Of a DNA stretch of 64,000 bases, positions 39,716-49,946 are shown piece by piece. A program made the translations under genes and the position numbers. The notes beneath the pieces are model-generated. The model saw only the letters and a program-made list of their open reading frames with translations. It was not told the origin of the DNA and did no database searches. Position 1 is the stretch's first letter; every line of letters begins with the position of its first letter. The DNA comes from an uncultured Clostridia bacterium (GTDB lineage: Bacteria > Bacillota > Clostridia > Christensenellales > CAG-917): the NCBI GenBank assembly GCA_944332815.1, contig CALVKQ010000001.1, positions 178,579-242,578 of the forward strand. The letters run 5' to 3'.

Positions 39716-42139
39716 TCACGCAATGATATTGACAAGTCTGCCCGGCACGATGATGATCTTCTTGGGCTGCGCCCCGTTGAGCTGCGCGCTGACGGCAGCG
39801 ACCGCCGCTTTTTCTATTTCCTCCTTTGCCGCTCCGGAAGGCACGGTGACGCGCGCACGGAGCTTGGAGTTTATCTGCACCGCGAGTTCGATCTCGTCGC
39901 GCACCAACGCCTTTTCGTCCGCCACGGGGTAACTCTGATCGAAGACGGAATAGGGCTGCCCCAACATCTCCCAAAGTTCCTCCGCAAAATGCGGCGCAAA
40001 TGGCGCGAGCAGCAGCACGAGATCCTTCACGCAGTCTTTGAACATCACGCTCTTCTTCGCGACGGCGGAATCGTAAGCGTAGATGGCGTTCACGAATTCC
40101 ATTATCCTGGCGATCGCGGTGTTGAAGGAAAAACTCTCCATATCGGCAGAAACAGACTTTATCGTGGTGTTTCTGACGTAATTAAGTTCCTTTTCCGCTT
40201 TTTCGGGCGCTCTGTCCTCGTAATTCATCTCATAGCACTTCTTCACGACGCGTTCCACGCGGTCGAAGAATTTGCCTATGCTGTCCAGCCCGTTCTCGTT
40301 CCAGGGACCGCCCTCGATATAGCTGAACCCGAACATGAGATACATCCTGAACACGTCCGCCCCGTACTTGGCGATGCTGTCGTCGGGGGAAACCACGTTG
40401 CCGCGCGACTTGGACATCTTGTTGCCGTCCGAGCCCAGGATGGTCCCCTGATGCACGAGGGAGAGGAAGGGTTCGTCGAAATCGAGATAACCCATGTCGC
40501 GGAGCGCTTTGGTGAAGAAACGCGCGTAAAGCAGGTGCATGCACGCGTGTTCCGCGCCGCCGATATACTTGTCCACGGGGAGCATCTTGTCTATCCACTC
40601 GCGGTCGAACGCCGCCTTGTCGTTGCGGTTGTCGGGATAGCGCAGATAGTACCAGCTGGAGCACACGAAGGTGTCCAGGGTGTCGGGATCCCTGCGCGCA
40701 GGTCTGCCGCACACGGGACATTTGACGTTCATGAACTCCTCGCACTTTGCAAGGGGGCTGACTCCGTCGGGAGTGAAGTCCACGTTGTAAGGCAGCTTGA
40801 CGGGCAGATCCTCCTCGGGCACGGGGACGACGCCGCAGTGCTCGCAGTGTATCATCGGGATGGGCGCCCCCCAGTAACGCTGACGGCTGACCAGCCAGTC
40901 GCGCAGGCGGTAATTGGTTTTGAGCGCGCCTTTGCCCTCCGCTTCCAGTTTCTTTATGACGGCGATCTTGCCCTCCTCCGAGCTCATGCCGTCGAACTCG
41001 CCGGAGTTCACCATCACGCCGTAGTCGGTGTAAGGCAGTTCGTCGGGGGAACCGTCCGCGCTCTTCACCACCCTTTCTATGGGCAGACCGAGTTTTTTCG
41101 CGAACACGTAGTCGCGCTCGTCGTGTGCGGCGACGCCCATGACCGCGCCCGTGCCGTAGCTTGCCAACACGTAATCCGCCACCAGGATGGGGACTTCCCT
41201 GCCGTTGACGGGGTTGATGGCATACGCGCCCGTCATGACGCCCGTCTTTTCGCGGTTGCTCGCGAGCCTGTCTATCTCGGTGACTTTGGAGGCGTTGAGC
41301 TTATACTCTTCCACCGCCGCCTTGCACTCCGGCGTCGTGATGACGTCCACGAGAGGATTCTCCGGAGCGAGCACGACGTAAGTCACGCCGAACGTCGTAT
41401 CCGCGCGCGTGGTGAACACGCGGAACTTCTCCTCCCTGCCCTTGACGGAGAACTCTATCTCGCCGCCGTAGGACTTGCCTATCCAGTGCTTTTGCATGAG
41501 CTTGGTCTTTTCGGGCCAGTCCAACTTGTCCAGATCGCGCAGCAGCTCCTCCGCATACTCGGTGATCTTGAAGAACCACTGCGTCAGGTTCTTGCGCACC
41601 ACTGTGGAGCCGCAGCGTTCGCATTCGCCCTGGATGACCTGCTCGTTGGCAAGGACTGTGTTGCAGGAGGGACACCAGTTGACGGGAGCGGCTTTGCGGT
41701 ACGCCAGCCCGTGCTTGTAAAGCTGCAAGAACAGCCACTGCGTCCACTTGTAGTACTCGGGCACGCAAGTGTAGATCTCATAGTCCCAATCGTACATCGC
41801 GCCTATCTTTTTGAGCTGCTCCTCCATGGTGGCGATGTTCTTCATGGTGCTGTCCTGGGGGTGTATGCCCGTCTTTATCGCGTAATTTTCGGCAGGCAGC
41901 CCGAAAGCGTCGAAGCCCATGGGCTGGAACACTTCGTAGCCCTGCATCCTCTTGAAACGGGCATAGGAATCCGCAGGGCCGTAGTTGTACCAATGCCCGG
42001 CGTGCAATTTCGCGCCGGAAGGATAGGAAAACATTTCCAGCACGTAACATTTCTTGTCCACTCTGCTGCGGTCGAACTTGTAAAGCCCGGTGTCCGCCCA
42101 GATCTTCTGCCATTTTTTCTCTACTTGTTTAAGATCCAT
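39716..42139 (-). CDS. leuS: Leucine--tRNA ligase
   Basis: [14 protein letters not shown]..., HIGH-type [15 protein letters not shown] present. SD AAGGAG before ATG 42139; 24 nt upstream of serS. Confidence 0.95.
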   Translation of the reverse strand: MDLKQVEKKWQKIWADTGLYKFDRSRVDKKCYVLEMFSYPSGAKLHAGHWYNYGPADSYARFKRMQGYEVFQPMGFDAFGLPAENYAIKTGIHPQDSTMKNIATMEEQLKKIGAMYDWDYEIYTCVPEYYKWTQWLFLQLYKHGLAYRKAAPVNWCPSCNTVLANEQVIQGECERCGSTVVRKNLTQWFFKITEYAEELLRDLDKLDWPEKTKLMQKHWIGKSYGGEIEFSVKGREEKFRVFTTRADTTFGVTYVVLAPENPLVDVITTPECKAAVEEYKLNASKVTEIDRLASNREKTGVMTGAYAINPVNGREVPILVADYVLASYGTGAVMGVAAHDERDYVFAKKLGLPIERVVKSADGSPDELPYTDYGVMVNSGEFDGMSSEEGKIAVIKKLEAEGKGALKTNYRLRDWLVSRQRYWGAPIPMIHCEHCGVVPVPEEDLPVKLPYNVDFTPDGVSPLAKCEEFMNVKCPVCGRPARRDPDTLDTFVCSSWYYLRYPDNRNDKAAFDREWIDKMLPVDKYIGGAEHACMHLLYARFFTKALRDMGYLDFDEPFLSLVHQGTILGSDGNKMSKSRGNVVSPDDSIAKYGADVFRMYLMFGFSYIEGGPWNENGLDSIGKFFDRVERVVKKCYEMNYEDRAPEKAEKELNYVRNTTIKSVSADMESFSFNTAIARIMEFVNAIYAYDSAVAKKSVMFKDCVKDLVLLLAPFAPHFAEELWEMLGQPYSVFDQSYPVADEKALVRDEIELAVQINSKLRARVTVPSGAAKEEIEKAAVAAVSAQLNGAQPKKIIIVPGRLVNIIA

Positions 42140-42158
42140 AGATTCTCCTTGAACCATA

Positions 42159-42187
42159 AGTTTAATACCCGAACGGCGTTTAGTCAA
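42159..42187 (-). promoter_or_regulatory. Promoter for leuS-serS (TTGACT-17-TAAACT)
   Basis: Minus strand TTGACTaaacgccgttcgggtatTAAACT. Very short leader (~15 nt), leaving no room for a T-box. Confidence 0.45.
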
Positions 42188-42321
42188 ATATTTTGCGCGC
42201 ACAATGCGCGTGTGCGTGCAAAAATAGGTGCAAAATGTGCGTCTTTAACGCCATTTGCCTTTCACGGACGCCCTTTTGCGGATAGGGCGCGCACGGCGTC
42301 AAACAAATGAACGCCAAATCA

Positions 42322-42350
42322 TTGAGAAAAGCGCAAATGTATGATATACT
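42322..42350 (+). promoter_or_regulatory. Promoter for tmk-holB-ricT (TTGAGA-17-TATACT)
   Basis: TTGAGAaaagcgcaaatgtatgaTATACT, 44 nt before the tmk ATG. Confidence 0.55.
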
Positions 42351-42393
42351 GACATGAAATCGGGACGTTTGTCCCAAAAGAGGCGAGGATAAG

Positions 42394-43002
42394 ATGTTCG
42401 TTACGTTCGAAGGGTGCGAGGGCGTGGGCAAGTCCACCCAGCTGAATATGCTCAAAGAGTATCTCAAAAAGACGGGGCAGGACGCCGTGTATGTCCGCGA
42501 GCCGGGCAGCACCGCCATCTCCGAAAAGATACGCTCCATCATCCTCGACCCCGAAAACACCGAAATGACGGCGCAGACGGAAGCTCTGCTTTACGCCGCC
42601 GCACGCGCGCAACTGGTCGCCGAGGTCATACTCCCCTCCCTCGCCCAAGGCAGGACGGTCATCTGCGACAGGTATGTGGACAGCTCCGTGGCATATCAGG
42701 GCTATGCGCGCGGACTGGGGACGGAGTTTGTCCGTTCCGTCAACGCTTTCGCTCTCGAAAACGCCGTGCCCGACGTCACCGTGTTCATAGACCTGCGCCC
42801 TTCCGCCGCGTTCAGAAGCGTGCGCCGAGAGGACAGGTTGGAGCAGGAAGCGGCGGATTTCCACGACAAGGTATATGAGGGCTATATTGCACAAGCAAAG
42901 GCTTCAAACGGCAGATTTGTCATGATAAAACCCGAAAAGGACAAACTTGCCACCCATAAGAAGATACTGGACGCATTGCGTGAAAGAGGAGTGATCAAGT
43001 GA
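42394..43002 (+). CDS. tmk: Thymidylate kinase
   Basis: MFVTFEGCEGVGKSTQ P-loop and DRYVDSSVAYQG block. Confidence 0.93.
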   Translation: MFVTFEGCEGVGKSTQLNMLKEYLKKTGQDAVYVREPGSTAISEKIRSIILDPENTEMTAQTEALLYAAARAQLVAEVILPSLAQGRTVICDRYVDSSVAYQGYARGLGTEFVRSVNAFALENAVPDVTVFIDLRPSAAFRSVRREDRLEQEAADFHDKVYEGYIAQAKASNGRFVMIKPEKDKLATHKKILDALRERGVIK

Positions 43003-43973
43003 GCGTACCCCTGTTCGAAAACACTCTGCGCGCCAGCCGCGCGTACTATCTCTTCGGCAAGGATATGCAGCTCGGGCTGGGGCACGCGTATATGGTCATC
43101 TCCCCCGACGACGAGATAGTCAAGGAGTTTTTCACGCTGGTCGCGGCAAGGATGTACTGCGTTTCGGGCAGAGCGTGCATGGAGTGCCGCGGTTGCAAAA
43201 CGGTGCTGGACGGCAATAATCCCGACGTGTTCACCGTCAATCCGCAAGGCGAAAAGATAAAAGTGCAGGAAGTCAAGGACATGGTGTCCTCCGTGAGCAT
43301 AAAGCCCATAAGCGGTGTCAAGGCTTATTTCGTGTGCCGCGCCGACCTGATGACGCAGGACGCACAAAACAAGCTGCTCAAAACCTTGGAGGAGCCGCCC
43401 GAAGGCGTGACCATCTTCCTGGGCGTCGCAAACGAAGCCGGCGTGCTGGAAACGGTGAAGTCGCGGTGCAGGAAGCTGTACATCGACGTGTTCGACCGCG
43501 AAACGGTATATAACGCGCTGACAGCCCTCCACTGTCCTGCGGAAAACGCCGCGATAGCCGCCGCGTGCTGCGAAGGTCAACTGGGAAAGGCGCGCCTCAT
43601 CGCGTTCTCGCCCGAGTACGGCAACCGCTACTCCGACGCCCTGACCCTGCTGGAAAGATTAAAAAAGAGCCGCGACGTGCTCGACGCCGAGTCCGTCCCC
43701 TCCCTCCGCTCGGGGGAGAGCGAATTTCTGAAAGTTCTAACGGTGGTCCTGCGCGACATCACTTCCGCAAAGGAGGGCGCTCCCCTCTTTTTCGGGGCGG
43801 AGCTCGCGGGCAGGATAGAAAGGCTGGCGGAAGGGTTTTCCCTTCGTGCGCTGGCGCTGTCCGTGGAGGCGGTGGCGCGCGCGCAGGAGAAACTCTCCTT
43901 CTCCGTCAACCCGACGGCGGTCATAGACGGTCTGCTCTTCGACATATTGGAGGTCAAATACAAATGGCGATGA
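42999..43973 (+). CDS. holB: DNA polymerase III subunit delta'
   Basis: GTG start overlapping the tmk stop (GTGA). HAYMVISPDD, Zn module CMECRGCKTVLDGNNPDVF, KLLKTLEEPP. Conserved tmk-holB-ricT order. Confidence 0.85.
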   Translation: MSVPLFENTLRASRAYYLFGKDMQLGLGHAYMVISPDDEIVKEFFTLVAARMYCVSGRACMECRGCKTVLDGNNPDVFTVNPQGEKIKVQEVKDMVSSVSIKPISGVKAYFVCRADLMTQDAQNKLLKTLEEPPEGVTIFLGVANEAGVLETVKSRCRKLYIDVFDRETVYNALTALHCPAENAAIAAACCEGQLGKARLIAFSPEYGNRYSDALTLLERLKKSRDVLDAESVPSLRSGESEFLKVLTVVLRDITSAKEGAPLFFGAELAGRIERLAEGFSLRALALSVEAVARAQEKLSFSVNPTAVIDGLLFDILEVKYKWR

Positions 43974-44824
43974 TAGTCGGCATAAAGTTCCGCAACTCAA
44001 ACAAAGTGTATTACTTCGACCCTGTTGGGAACGAGTTCTGCGAAGGGGACGGCGTGATAGTGGAAACCGCGCGCGGTCAGGAGTACGGCACGGTGTCCAT
44101 CCCCAACCGCGAAGTGGATGAAAAAGAGGTGGTATCCCCCCTCAAACCCGTCGTCCGCAAAGCCACCGACGAGGACGAGAAGCGTCTGCAAAAGAACCTC
44201 GCCGACCGCGAACCGGCGCTGCGTACCATACGCGAAAAGGCGGCGGAACTCGGGCTCAACATGAAACTCGTGGACGCGGAGTACACCTTCGACCGCTCCA
44301 AACTCATCTTTTACTTCACCGCGGACGGCAGAGTGGACTTCCGCGAACTCGTGCGCGCCCTCGCTTCCATATTCAAAGTGCGCATAGAACTCAGGCAGAT
44401 ATACGAGCGCGACGACACCAAGATGCGCGGCGCGCTGGCAGCGTGCGGAAGACCCTGCTGCTGCACCACTCACCTGCCCGACTTTGAAAAGGTGTCCATA
44501 AAAATGGCGAAGGTGCAAGGGCTCTCGCTCAATCCTCAGAAGATAAGCGGCGTATGCGGCAGGCTGCTGTGCTGCCTCAAATACGAGAACGAGTATTACA
44601 GCGAAGTGTACAAGAAGATGCCCAAGATAGGCAGCAAGGTCCACACCGCGGACGGCGACGGCGTGGTGGAGTCCAACGACATGATAAAACAGACCTCGCG
44701 AGTGCGCGTCCTCACCAAGGACGGCTCTTACGACGTCAAGACCTACAAGCTCGAGGAACTGAAAACCACCGCCCGTCAGACCGAACCCGACGACAGCGCG
44801 GAGGAAGACGTCCCCAAGGCGTGA
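43964..44824 (+). CDS. ricT: PSP1-domain protein RicT/YaaT (stage 0 sporulation protein YaaT family)
   Basis: MAMIVGIKFRNSNKVYYFDP...GDGVIVETARGQEYGTV, Cys cluster CGRPCCC...CGRLLCCLKYE. Overlaps the holB stop. Confidence 0.88.
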   Translation: MAMIVGIKFRNSNKVYYFDPVGNEFCEGDGVIVETARGQEYGTVSIPNREVDEKEVVSPLKPVVRKATDEDEKRLQKNLADREPALRTIREKAAELGLNMKLVDAEYTFDRSKLIFYFTADGRVDFRELVRALASIFKVRIELRQIYERDDTKMRGALAACGRPCCCTTHLPDFEKVSIKMAKVQGLSLNPQKISGVCGRLLCCLKYENEYYSEVYKKMPKIGSKVHTADGDGVVESNDMIKQTSRVRVLTKDGSYDVKTYKLEELKTTARQTEPDDSAEEDVPKA

Positions 44825-44846
44825 CGCCACGAGTCAAAAGACACTT

Positions 44847-44873
44847 ACGGAGCGCACCGCGCTCCGTTTTTCT
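44847..44873 (+). terminator. Terminator after ricT
   Basis: ACGGAGCGCaccGCGCTCCGTTTTTCTT. Confidence 0.7.
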
Positions 44874-44961
44874 TGCCCCGTGCGCCGCGTTTCGGGAGCG
44901 GAAGTTCGGGTTCGCAATTGCGAATTTTTGCCTGTATGCACGGCGTTTTCCGCGCAATCGG

Positions 44962-44990
44962 TTGAACTGCTCCGCCGCGTGTGCTATCAT
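44962..44990 (+). promoter_or_regulatory. Promoter for the ferredoxin gene (TTGAAC-17-TATCAT)
   Basis: TTGAACtgctccgccgcgtgtgcTATCAT, 43 nt before the ATG. Confidence 0.5.
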
Positions 44991-45032
44991 GATTGCGGTC
45001 GAAAGACCAATATGTATAAAGGAGTGGATACC

Positions 45033-45203
45033 ATGGCAAGAGTTATCAGCGATGAATGCATTTCTTGCGGAGCGTGCGCGGACACCTGCCCCGTGTCGGC
45101 TATCACCGAAGGCGACGGCAAGTATGTCGTCAATGCGGATGAGTGCATCGACTGCGGCGCGTGCGAAGACGGCTGCCCCGTCGGCGCGATCTCCGAGGCG
45201 TAA
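45033..45203 (+). CDS. 2x[4Fe-4S] ferredoxin (56 aa, clostridial type)
   Basis: MARVISDECISCGACADTCP...DECIDCGACEDGCP. SD AAAGGAG 7 nt before ATG 45033. Confidence 0.9.
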   Translation: MARVISDECISCGACADTCPVSAITEGDGKYVVNADECIDCGACEDGCPVGAISEA

Positions 45204-45241
45204 TTAGCACTTTGATCAAACAAGACAAAATGACTTGAACG

Positions 45242-45268
45242 AAAGCGCGGCAAAATGCCGCGCTTTTG
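45242..45268. terminator. Bidirectional terminator between the ferredoxin gene and the convergent lipoprotein gene
   Basis: AAAGCGCGGCAaaaTGCCGCGCTTTT. Confidence 0.65.
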
Positions 45269-45326
45269 CATATCCGCCGCCATGCCGGACCGGAATAATA
45301 CGGACCCGGTCCGGCACAGGACGTCG

Positions 45327-46466
45327 TCATATCAATGTGAACGTGACGGAACCCCCGTCCTTATCGAACGTCAGTTCATTGTCGACGCGGTCGTATTCCG
45401 CACCGTTCGTGCTCGTCGTGAAGCCTATCTCCGCCCCGTTGCCGCTGCCGTCGCTGTAAGGCGCCGTCACCGCATATCTGTGCCCGGGAACATACTCGAT
45501 GATGAGAGTGACGTAGCCGTCATCGTCGATGGTGTACACCGGCGTGTGCCCCTGCGGATTGTCGGGCGCGAAAAACGTCTGGAAGCGTTTTGCGTCCGTG
45601 CTTGCGTCATAGTCGAGGTCCTCGAAAGAGAAGGTCAGGTTTTCCTCATCCACCGCGGTGATCTGGAAGCGCACGGTTTCCGTCCACTTCTCCACCGGCC
45701 GGATGGGCTCGGGCTCCGACACCGTGACTGTGCACACCAACACGGACGCGTCGTTGAAGCCGCGCTTGGCTTCAAGCACTATCTTCGTGGTGCCGGGCGC
45801 GATCTTGGAACGGTCTATCCTGACGGTGCAGTTGTCCACATATCCGCTGCCTCCCGACCTGTCGTTTATCTCTACGGTGATGGCGTCGTCGGGGATGACG
45901 TTCTTGTCGAGCGCGAACGCCTCCGCTCCCTCATTGATGCTGTACATGGTTTCCGTGACGTCCGCCACCAGCTTGGCGTCATCCCACTGCGCGAAGTAAG
46001 AATCGTCCTCGGAGTCGGGCTTCCATATCTCTATCGAAGTCACGTTGTCCGCATTCCATCTGAGGAAGTTGTCCTCCGGCGTGTCGGCGTAACGGTCCGC
46101 GTCCACCGTAAGGGTGACGGGTTCCGCCGGCATGGTGAAGGAATAACTGCCGTCGGCGGACGGGGTCAAACGCTTATACCTCATGTTCCTGCCGTAGAGC
46201 TCGACGTAATTGAGTATGCTGTCCGCAGGAGAGGAGAGCGTGACTTTGAACGTGACCGTATCCCCTTCGTATGCGCCTTCGGGCAGCCCCTCCACCGTGA
46301 ACACATCGGACGCGGACGGCGCCTGGATGCTGTAACGCGTGCCTCTGCCGCCGCCTCCGCCTCCGTTTCCGCCGCCTCCGTCGGTTTTTTCGTTACACGC
46401 CGCAAAAGCGACCGCCAGCGCGGCTATAAGACAAATCACAAGCATGACAGCTGCGAATTTCTTCAT
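45327..46466 (-). CDS. Hypothetical lipoprotein (Gly-rich linker, beta-rich body)
   Basis: MKKFAAVMLVICLIAALAVAFAAC|NEKTDGGGGNGGGGGG. SD AAGGAGG before ATG 46466. No catalytic motif recognised. Confidence 0.72.
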   Translation of the reverse strand: MKKFAAVMLVICLIAALAVAFAACNEKTDGGGGNGGGGGGRGTRYSIQAPSASDVFTVEGLPEGAYEGDTVTFKVTLSSPADSILNYVELYGRNMRYKRLTPSADGSYSFTMPAEPVTLTVDADRYADTPEDNFLRWNADNVTSIEIWKPDSEDDSYFAQWDDAKLVADVTETMYSINEGAEAFALDKNVIPDDAITVEINDRSGGSGYVDNCTVRIDRSKIAPGTTKIVLEAKRGFNDASVLVCTVTVSEPEPIRPVEKWTETVRFQITAVDEENLTFSFEDLDYDASTDAKRFQTFFAPDNPQGHTPVYTIDDDGYVTLIIEYVPGHRYAVTAPYSDGSGNGAEIGFTTSTNGAEYDRVDNELTFDKDGGSVTFTLI

Positions 46467-46681
46467 AAGACCCTCCTTTGCGCAAAAACGCACGTATCGT
46501 TTTCACTTATGATTATATCATATCTCCGTCCGTGCGCAATATTTTTCTTTTCTCCCCTCCTCGCAAGCGGACATAACGACCGCCGCGCAAAACCTCTGCG
46601 CACGCCCCGGGCATCTGTCAAGCGGATGACGCAGCCCGGGAAGGATCGGGCAGCGCCGCCGCTCCGACTTCACACTCACCG

Positions 46682-46710
46682 TTGACAAATTCGTTGTATT
46701 TTAATATAAT
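46682..46710 (+). promoter_or_regulatory. Perfect consensus promoter upstream of the P-type ATPase leader (TTGACA-17-TATAAT)
   Basis: TTGACAaattcgttgtattttaaTATAAT. About 260 nt upstream of the ATPase ATG. Confidence 0.6.
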
Positions 46711-46736
46711 GTATCTACCACATCAAGGAGAGAACT

Positions 46737-46982
46737 ATGACGACCGAAGGCGACGGCGACAGTAGCAGCGCCGAACCTCGATTGCACGAATACGAAAAAA
46801 GAGCCGAGGACATGACCGCAGCGGATGCGGCCGTGTCCTTTTGCGTATTCGGGGCTCTTCTCCCCTCCCCTAGAACTGCTTCGGGCGCGGCGCATGCCTG
46901 CTCCCCCTTCACCCATCGGTGCGATAACGGGGCGACGCCCCGACGCGAAATAAATACTTTTTCATCGGAGGAAAAAAGATGA
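46737..46982 (+). CDS. Possible 81-codon leader ORF upstream of the P-type ATPase (doubtful)
   Basis: AAGGAGAG SD 6 nt before ATG 46737. Its stop overlaps the ATPase ATG (ATGA at 46979-46982). Sits 27 nt downstream of a perfect consensus promoter. The protein has no recognisable domain, so it may instead be a structured RNA leader. Confidence 0.3.
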   Translation: MTTEGDGDSSSAEPRLHEYEKRAEDMTAADAAVSFCVFGALLPSPRTASGAAHACSPFTHRCDNGATPRREINTFSSEEKR

Positions 46983-49714
46983 AAGACGAAGCAAACCCAC
47001 GACCCGTCTGGCACTCCGTCACGGCTGAGGAAGCCGAACGGCTGCTGGACACCTCCCCCGAAGGGCTGTCCGACAAGGAAGCGGCGGCACGCTTGCAGAA
47101 GTTCGGGCGCAACACCCTGGGAGAAGTCAAACCCAAGAGCATATGGCGCATGATATTCGAGCAGCTTGCCGACATCATGGTCATCATCCTGTTCATAGCG
47201 ATGGTGTTCTCGCTGGTGATGTACTTCATCGACGGCGAGGGTTTGGCGGAAGCCATAGTCATCCTCGCGGTCATCACCCTCAACGCCGCCGTCGGCGTGG
47301 TGCAGGAGAAAAAAGCGGCGGACGCTCTTGCGGCACTCAAAAATATGACCGCGCCCACGGCGCGCGCGTTGCGCGAGGGCGAAGAGAGCCTGGTCCCTGC
47401 CGCGGAACTCGTCCCGGGCGACGTCATCTATCTCGAAGACGGCGCCATCGTGCCTGCGGACGTCAGGATAATCTCCGACAACAACCTGCGCATCCAGGAG
47501 GCGTCCCTCACGGGCGAGAGCGTCCCCTCCGAAAAGGACGGCGCGGTGGTCCTGGCGGAGGACGCTCCCCTCGGCGACAGGGTGAATATGGCGTATTCCT
47601 CCTCCGTCGTCATGTACGGCAACGCCGTCGGCGTGGTGGTGGAAACGGGCGCGAACACGGAGGTGGGCAAGATCGCCGATATGCTGAAAAAGCAGGACGA
47701 TTTCCAGACCCCCATCAAGAAAAAACTTAATTCCGTGGGCAAGATCCTCACCGTCATAGGGCTTGCCGTGTGCGTCATCATCATGGCGATAGGATTTGCA
47801 AGAGGGGGCAGGACGTGGCAGTCGCTGGTGCTGCTGGGCATCTCTCTTGCCATCTCCATCATCCCGGAAGGACTGCCTGCCACCGCGACCATAATCATGG
47901 CTTTCGGCGTGCAGCGCATGGCAAAGCGCAACGCGCTGGTCAAGAGCCTGCCTGCCGTGGAAACGCTGGGCAGCGCGACCGTGGTCTGCTGCGACAAGAC
48001 GGGCACGCTCACCCTCAACAAAATGACCGTCACCCATTTCGCCGCGGCGGAGGGGCTGAAAAGCGGAAAACTGTCCTCGGCAGACAAGGCGGACGAACTG
48101 CCGGAGAGCGTAAAAAACGCCATGGTCTACGCCTGCGCGCTTTGTGGGAACGCCACCTTCGACCCCGACCGCGAAGGGGAAACTCTGGGCGATCCCACGG
48201 AAGGTGCGCTCATCACGTTTGCGCTGAAATACGGGGTTGACGCAGACGAATATGAAGATAAACATCCGAAACTGTTTGAACAGCCCTTCGACTCCGAGCG
48301 CAAGCGCATGACCACGGTGCATGACATGGACGGCGTCCTCACCGCCTACACCAAGGGCGCGGTGGACGAGATGCTGCCCCTTTGCACTTCCGTCATGGAC
48401 GGGAACGGCATCCGCCCCATGACGGAGGAAGACCGCAGGAACATCAACGCCCTTTGCGAAAGGATGAGCGGCGACGCGCTGCGCGTTCTGGGGTTTGCTG
48501 TGAACACCCTCCCCTCCGTCCCCGACGAAGAGGACGACATCGAGCACGACATGACTTTCGTGGGCGTAGTGGGCATGATCGACCCTCCCAGGAGCGAGGT
48601 CATCGGCGCGATAGACGCCTGCCACGAAGCAGGGGTGCGCGTCATCATGATAACGGGCGACCACAAAGTCACCGCGCTCGCCATCGCCAAACAGTTGCAC
48701 ATCTACCGTCCCGGCAACACCGTCGTTTCGGGCACGGAACTGGACGAGATGTCGGACGAGCAGCTGGACGAGGCGGTCAGGACCGCGGCGGTGTTCGCGA
48801 GGGTGTCCCCTGCCGATAAGCTGCGCATAATACAGTCCCTGCGCAGGTGCGGCGAAGTGGCTGCCATGACGGGCGACGGCGTGAACGACAGCCCCGCCCT
48901 CAAAGAGGCGGACATCGGCGTCGCCATGGGCGTGACGGGCACGGACGTGGCAAAGGACGCCGCGGACATGATCCTGCTGGACGACAACTTCACCACCATT
49001 GAGCAAGCCATCCGCGAGGGCAGGCGCGTCTACCGCAACATACAGAAGGTCATCCAGTTCCTGGTCGCCGGGAACATCTCGGAGATACTCACTCTCTTCC
49101 TCGCCTTCTGCCTCGGGTGGGAGGATCCCATCCTCGCCATCCATATCCTGCTCATCAACCTGGCGACGGATTCTCTGCCTGCCATCGCTCTGGGCGTGGA
49201 CCCTGCGGACCGCAACGTCATGAAAGTGCCGCCCGTGAAGAGCGGAACTCTGTTCGAACGCGGAGTCATAGTGCGCATAATCACGCACGGACTGTTCATC
49301 ACCGCCGCCGCCATCTCCGCCTACTGGATAGCGGAAGCGTGCTACGGCGCCACTCCCGAAGAAACGCACGCCATCGCCATGACCATGACCTTTATGGTGC
49401 TGGCGCTCTCGCAGCTCGTCCACGCCATCAACCAGCGCTCCAACACGGACAGCGTGTTCCGTCCGGGACAGGGGCACAACAAGCAGCTCTATCTCGCCAT
49501 GGCGGCTTCGCTCGGCATAGTCGTGCTGGTGTCTTTCGTCCCCGGGCTCATGGACTTTTTCAGCCTGGTGTATCTCGACGTCTATCAGTACCTCATCGTG
49601 ATAGCGCTCTCCTTCTTCCCCCTCGTGGCGGTGGAGATAAGCAAAGCGGCGATCCGCCTGCACAAGAGGATGAAGCGTTCCGCGACGGGCGCGGAGCTCC
49701 CTGCGGAGGAGTGA
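46979..49714 (+). CDS. Cation-translocating P-type ATPase, P2 (Ca2+-type, SERCA/PMCA-like)
   Basis: 911 aa. CCDKTGTLT (phospho-Asp), MITGDHK, TGDGVNDSPALK, about 10 TM spans. The 1026-aa minus ORF 46715..49795 is a shadow. Confidence 0.92.
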   Translation: MKDEANPRPVWHSVTAEEAERLLDTSPEGLSDKEAAARLQKFGRNTLGEVKPKSIWRMIFEQLADIMVIILFIAMVFSLVMYFIDGEGLAEAIVILAVITLNAAVGVVQEKKAADALAALKNMTAPTARALREGEESLVPAAELVPGDVIYLEDGAIVPADVRIISDNNLRIQEASLTGESVPSEKDGAVVLAEDAPLGDRVNMAYSSSVVMYGNAVGVVVETGANTEVGKIADMLKKQDDFQTPIKKKLNSVGKILTVIGLAVCVIIMAIGFARGGRTWQSLVLLGISLAISIIPEGLPATATIIMAFGVQRMAKRNALVKSLPAVETLGSATVVCCDKTGTLTLNKMTVTHFAAAEGLKSGKLSSADKADELPESVKNAMVYACALCGNATFDPDREGETLGDPTEGALITFALKYGVDADEYEDKHPKLFEQPFDSERKRMTTVHDMDGVLTAYTKGAVDEMLPLCTSVMDGNGIRPMTEEDRRNINALCERMSGDALRVLGFAVNTLPSVPDEEDDIEHDMTFVGVVGMIDPPRSEVIGAIDACHEAGVRVIMITGDHKVTALAIAKQLHIYRPGNTVVSGTELDEMSDEQLDEAVRTAAVFARVSPADKLRIIQSLRRCGEVAAMTGDGVNDSPALKEADIGVAMGVTGTDVAKDAADMILLDDNFTTIEQAIREGRRVYRNIQKVIQFLVAGNISEILTLFLAFCLGWEDPILAIHILLINLATDSLPAIALGVDPADRNVMKVPPVKSGTLFERGVIVRIITHGLFITAAAISAYWIAEACYGATPEETHAIAMTMTFMVLALSQLVHAINQRSNTDSVFRPGQGHNKQLYLAMAASLGIVVLVSFVPGLMDFFSLVYLDVYQYLIVIALSFFPLVAVEISKAAIRLHKRMKRSATGAELPAEE

Positions 49715-49781
49715 ACGGGCTCGCGGAAAGAGTAAAACCCGAAGAACTCCCCTTCTCGCGTATGCGGCGAGAGGAGATGAA

Positions 49782-49812
49782 AAGAGGGGGCGCAAAGCCT
49801 CCTCTTTCTTTT
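49782..49812 (+). terminator. Terminator after the P-type ATPase gene
   Basis: AAGAGGGGGCgcaaaGCCTCCTCTT (one mismatch) followed by TCTTTT. Confidence 0.55.
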
Positions 49813-49882
49813 GGGTGTCTAATCACCCGACATTTCACCGTTTTTGTGCACGGTGCGCGGCGGCGAACATTCGCGGCTGCTA

Positions 49883-49911
49883 TTGATTATGCGCGCGCAT
49901 GGGTGTATAAT
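49883..49911 (+). promoter_or_regulatory. Promoter for hypB-oxidoreductase-hypA (TTGATT-17-TATAAT)
   Basis: TTGATTatgcgcgcgcatgggtgTATAAT, 36 nt before the hypB ATG. Confidence 0.55.
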
Positions 49912-49946
49912 GTATAAAAATATGTTTGTGAGAGGGCGGCTTGGAT

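Noticed and set aside
42140-42321. T-box leader upstream of leuS (and serS, 39692-39715).
   Set aside because: The best promoter leaves a ~15-nt leader, and no T-box sequence (..GGTGGTACCGCG..) occurs on the coding strand. serS follows leuS by only 24 nt.
44911-44929. 14-bp perfect palindrome TTCGCAATTGCGAA followed by TTTTT, as an operator for the ferredoxin gene.
   Set aside because: It lies upstream of the -35 box and directly after the ricT terminator, so it is more simply a second, weak terminator hairpin. There is no evidence for a regulator.
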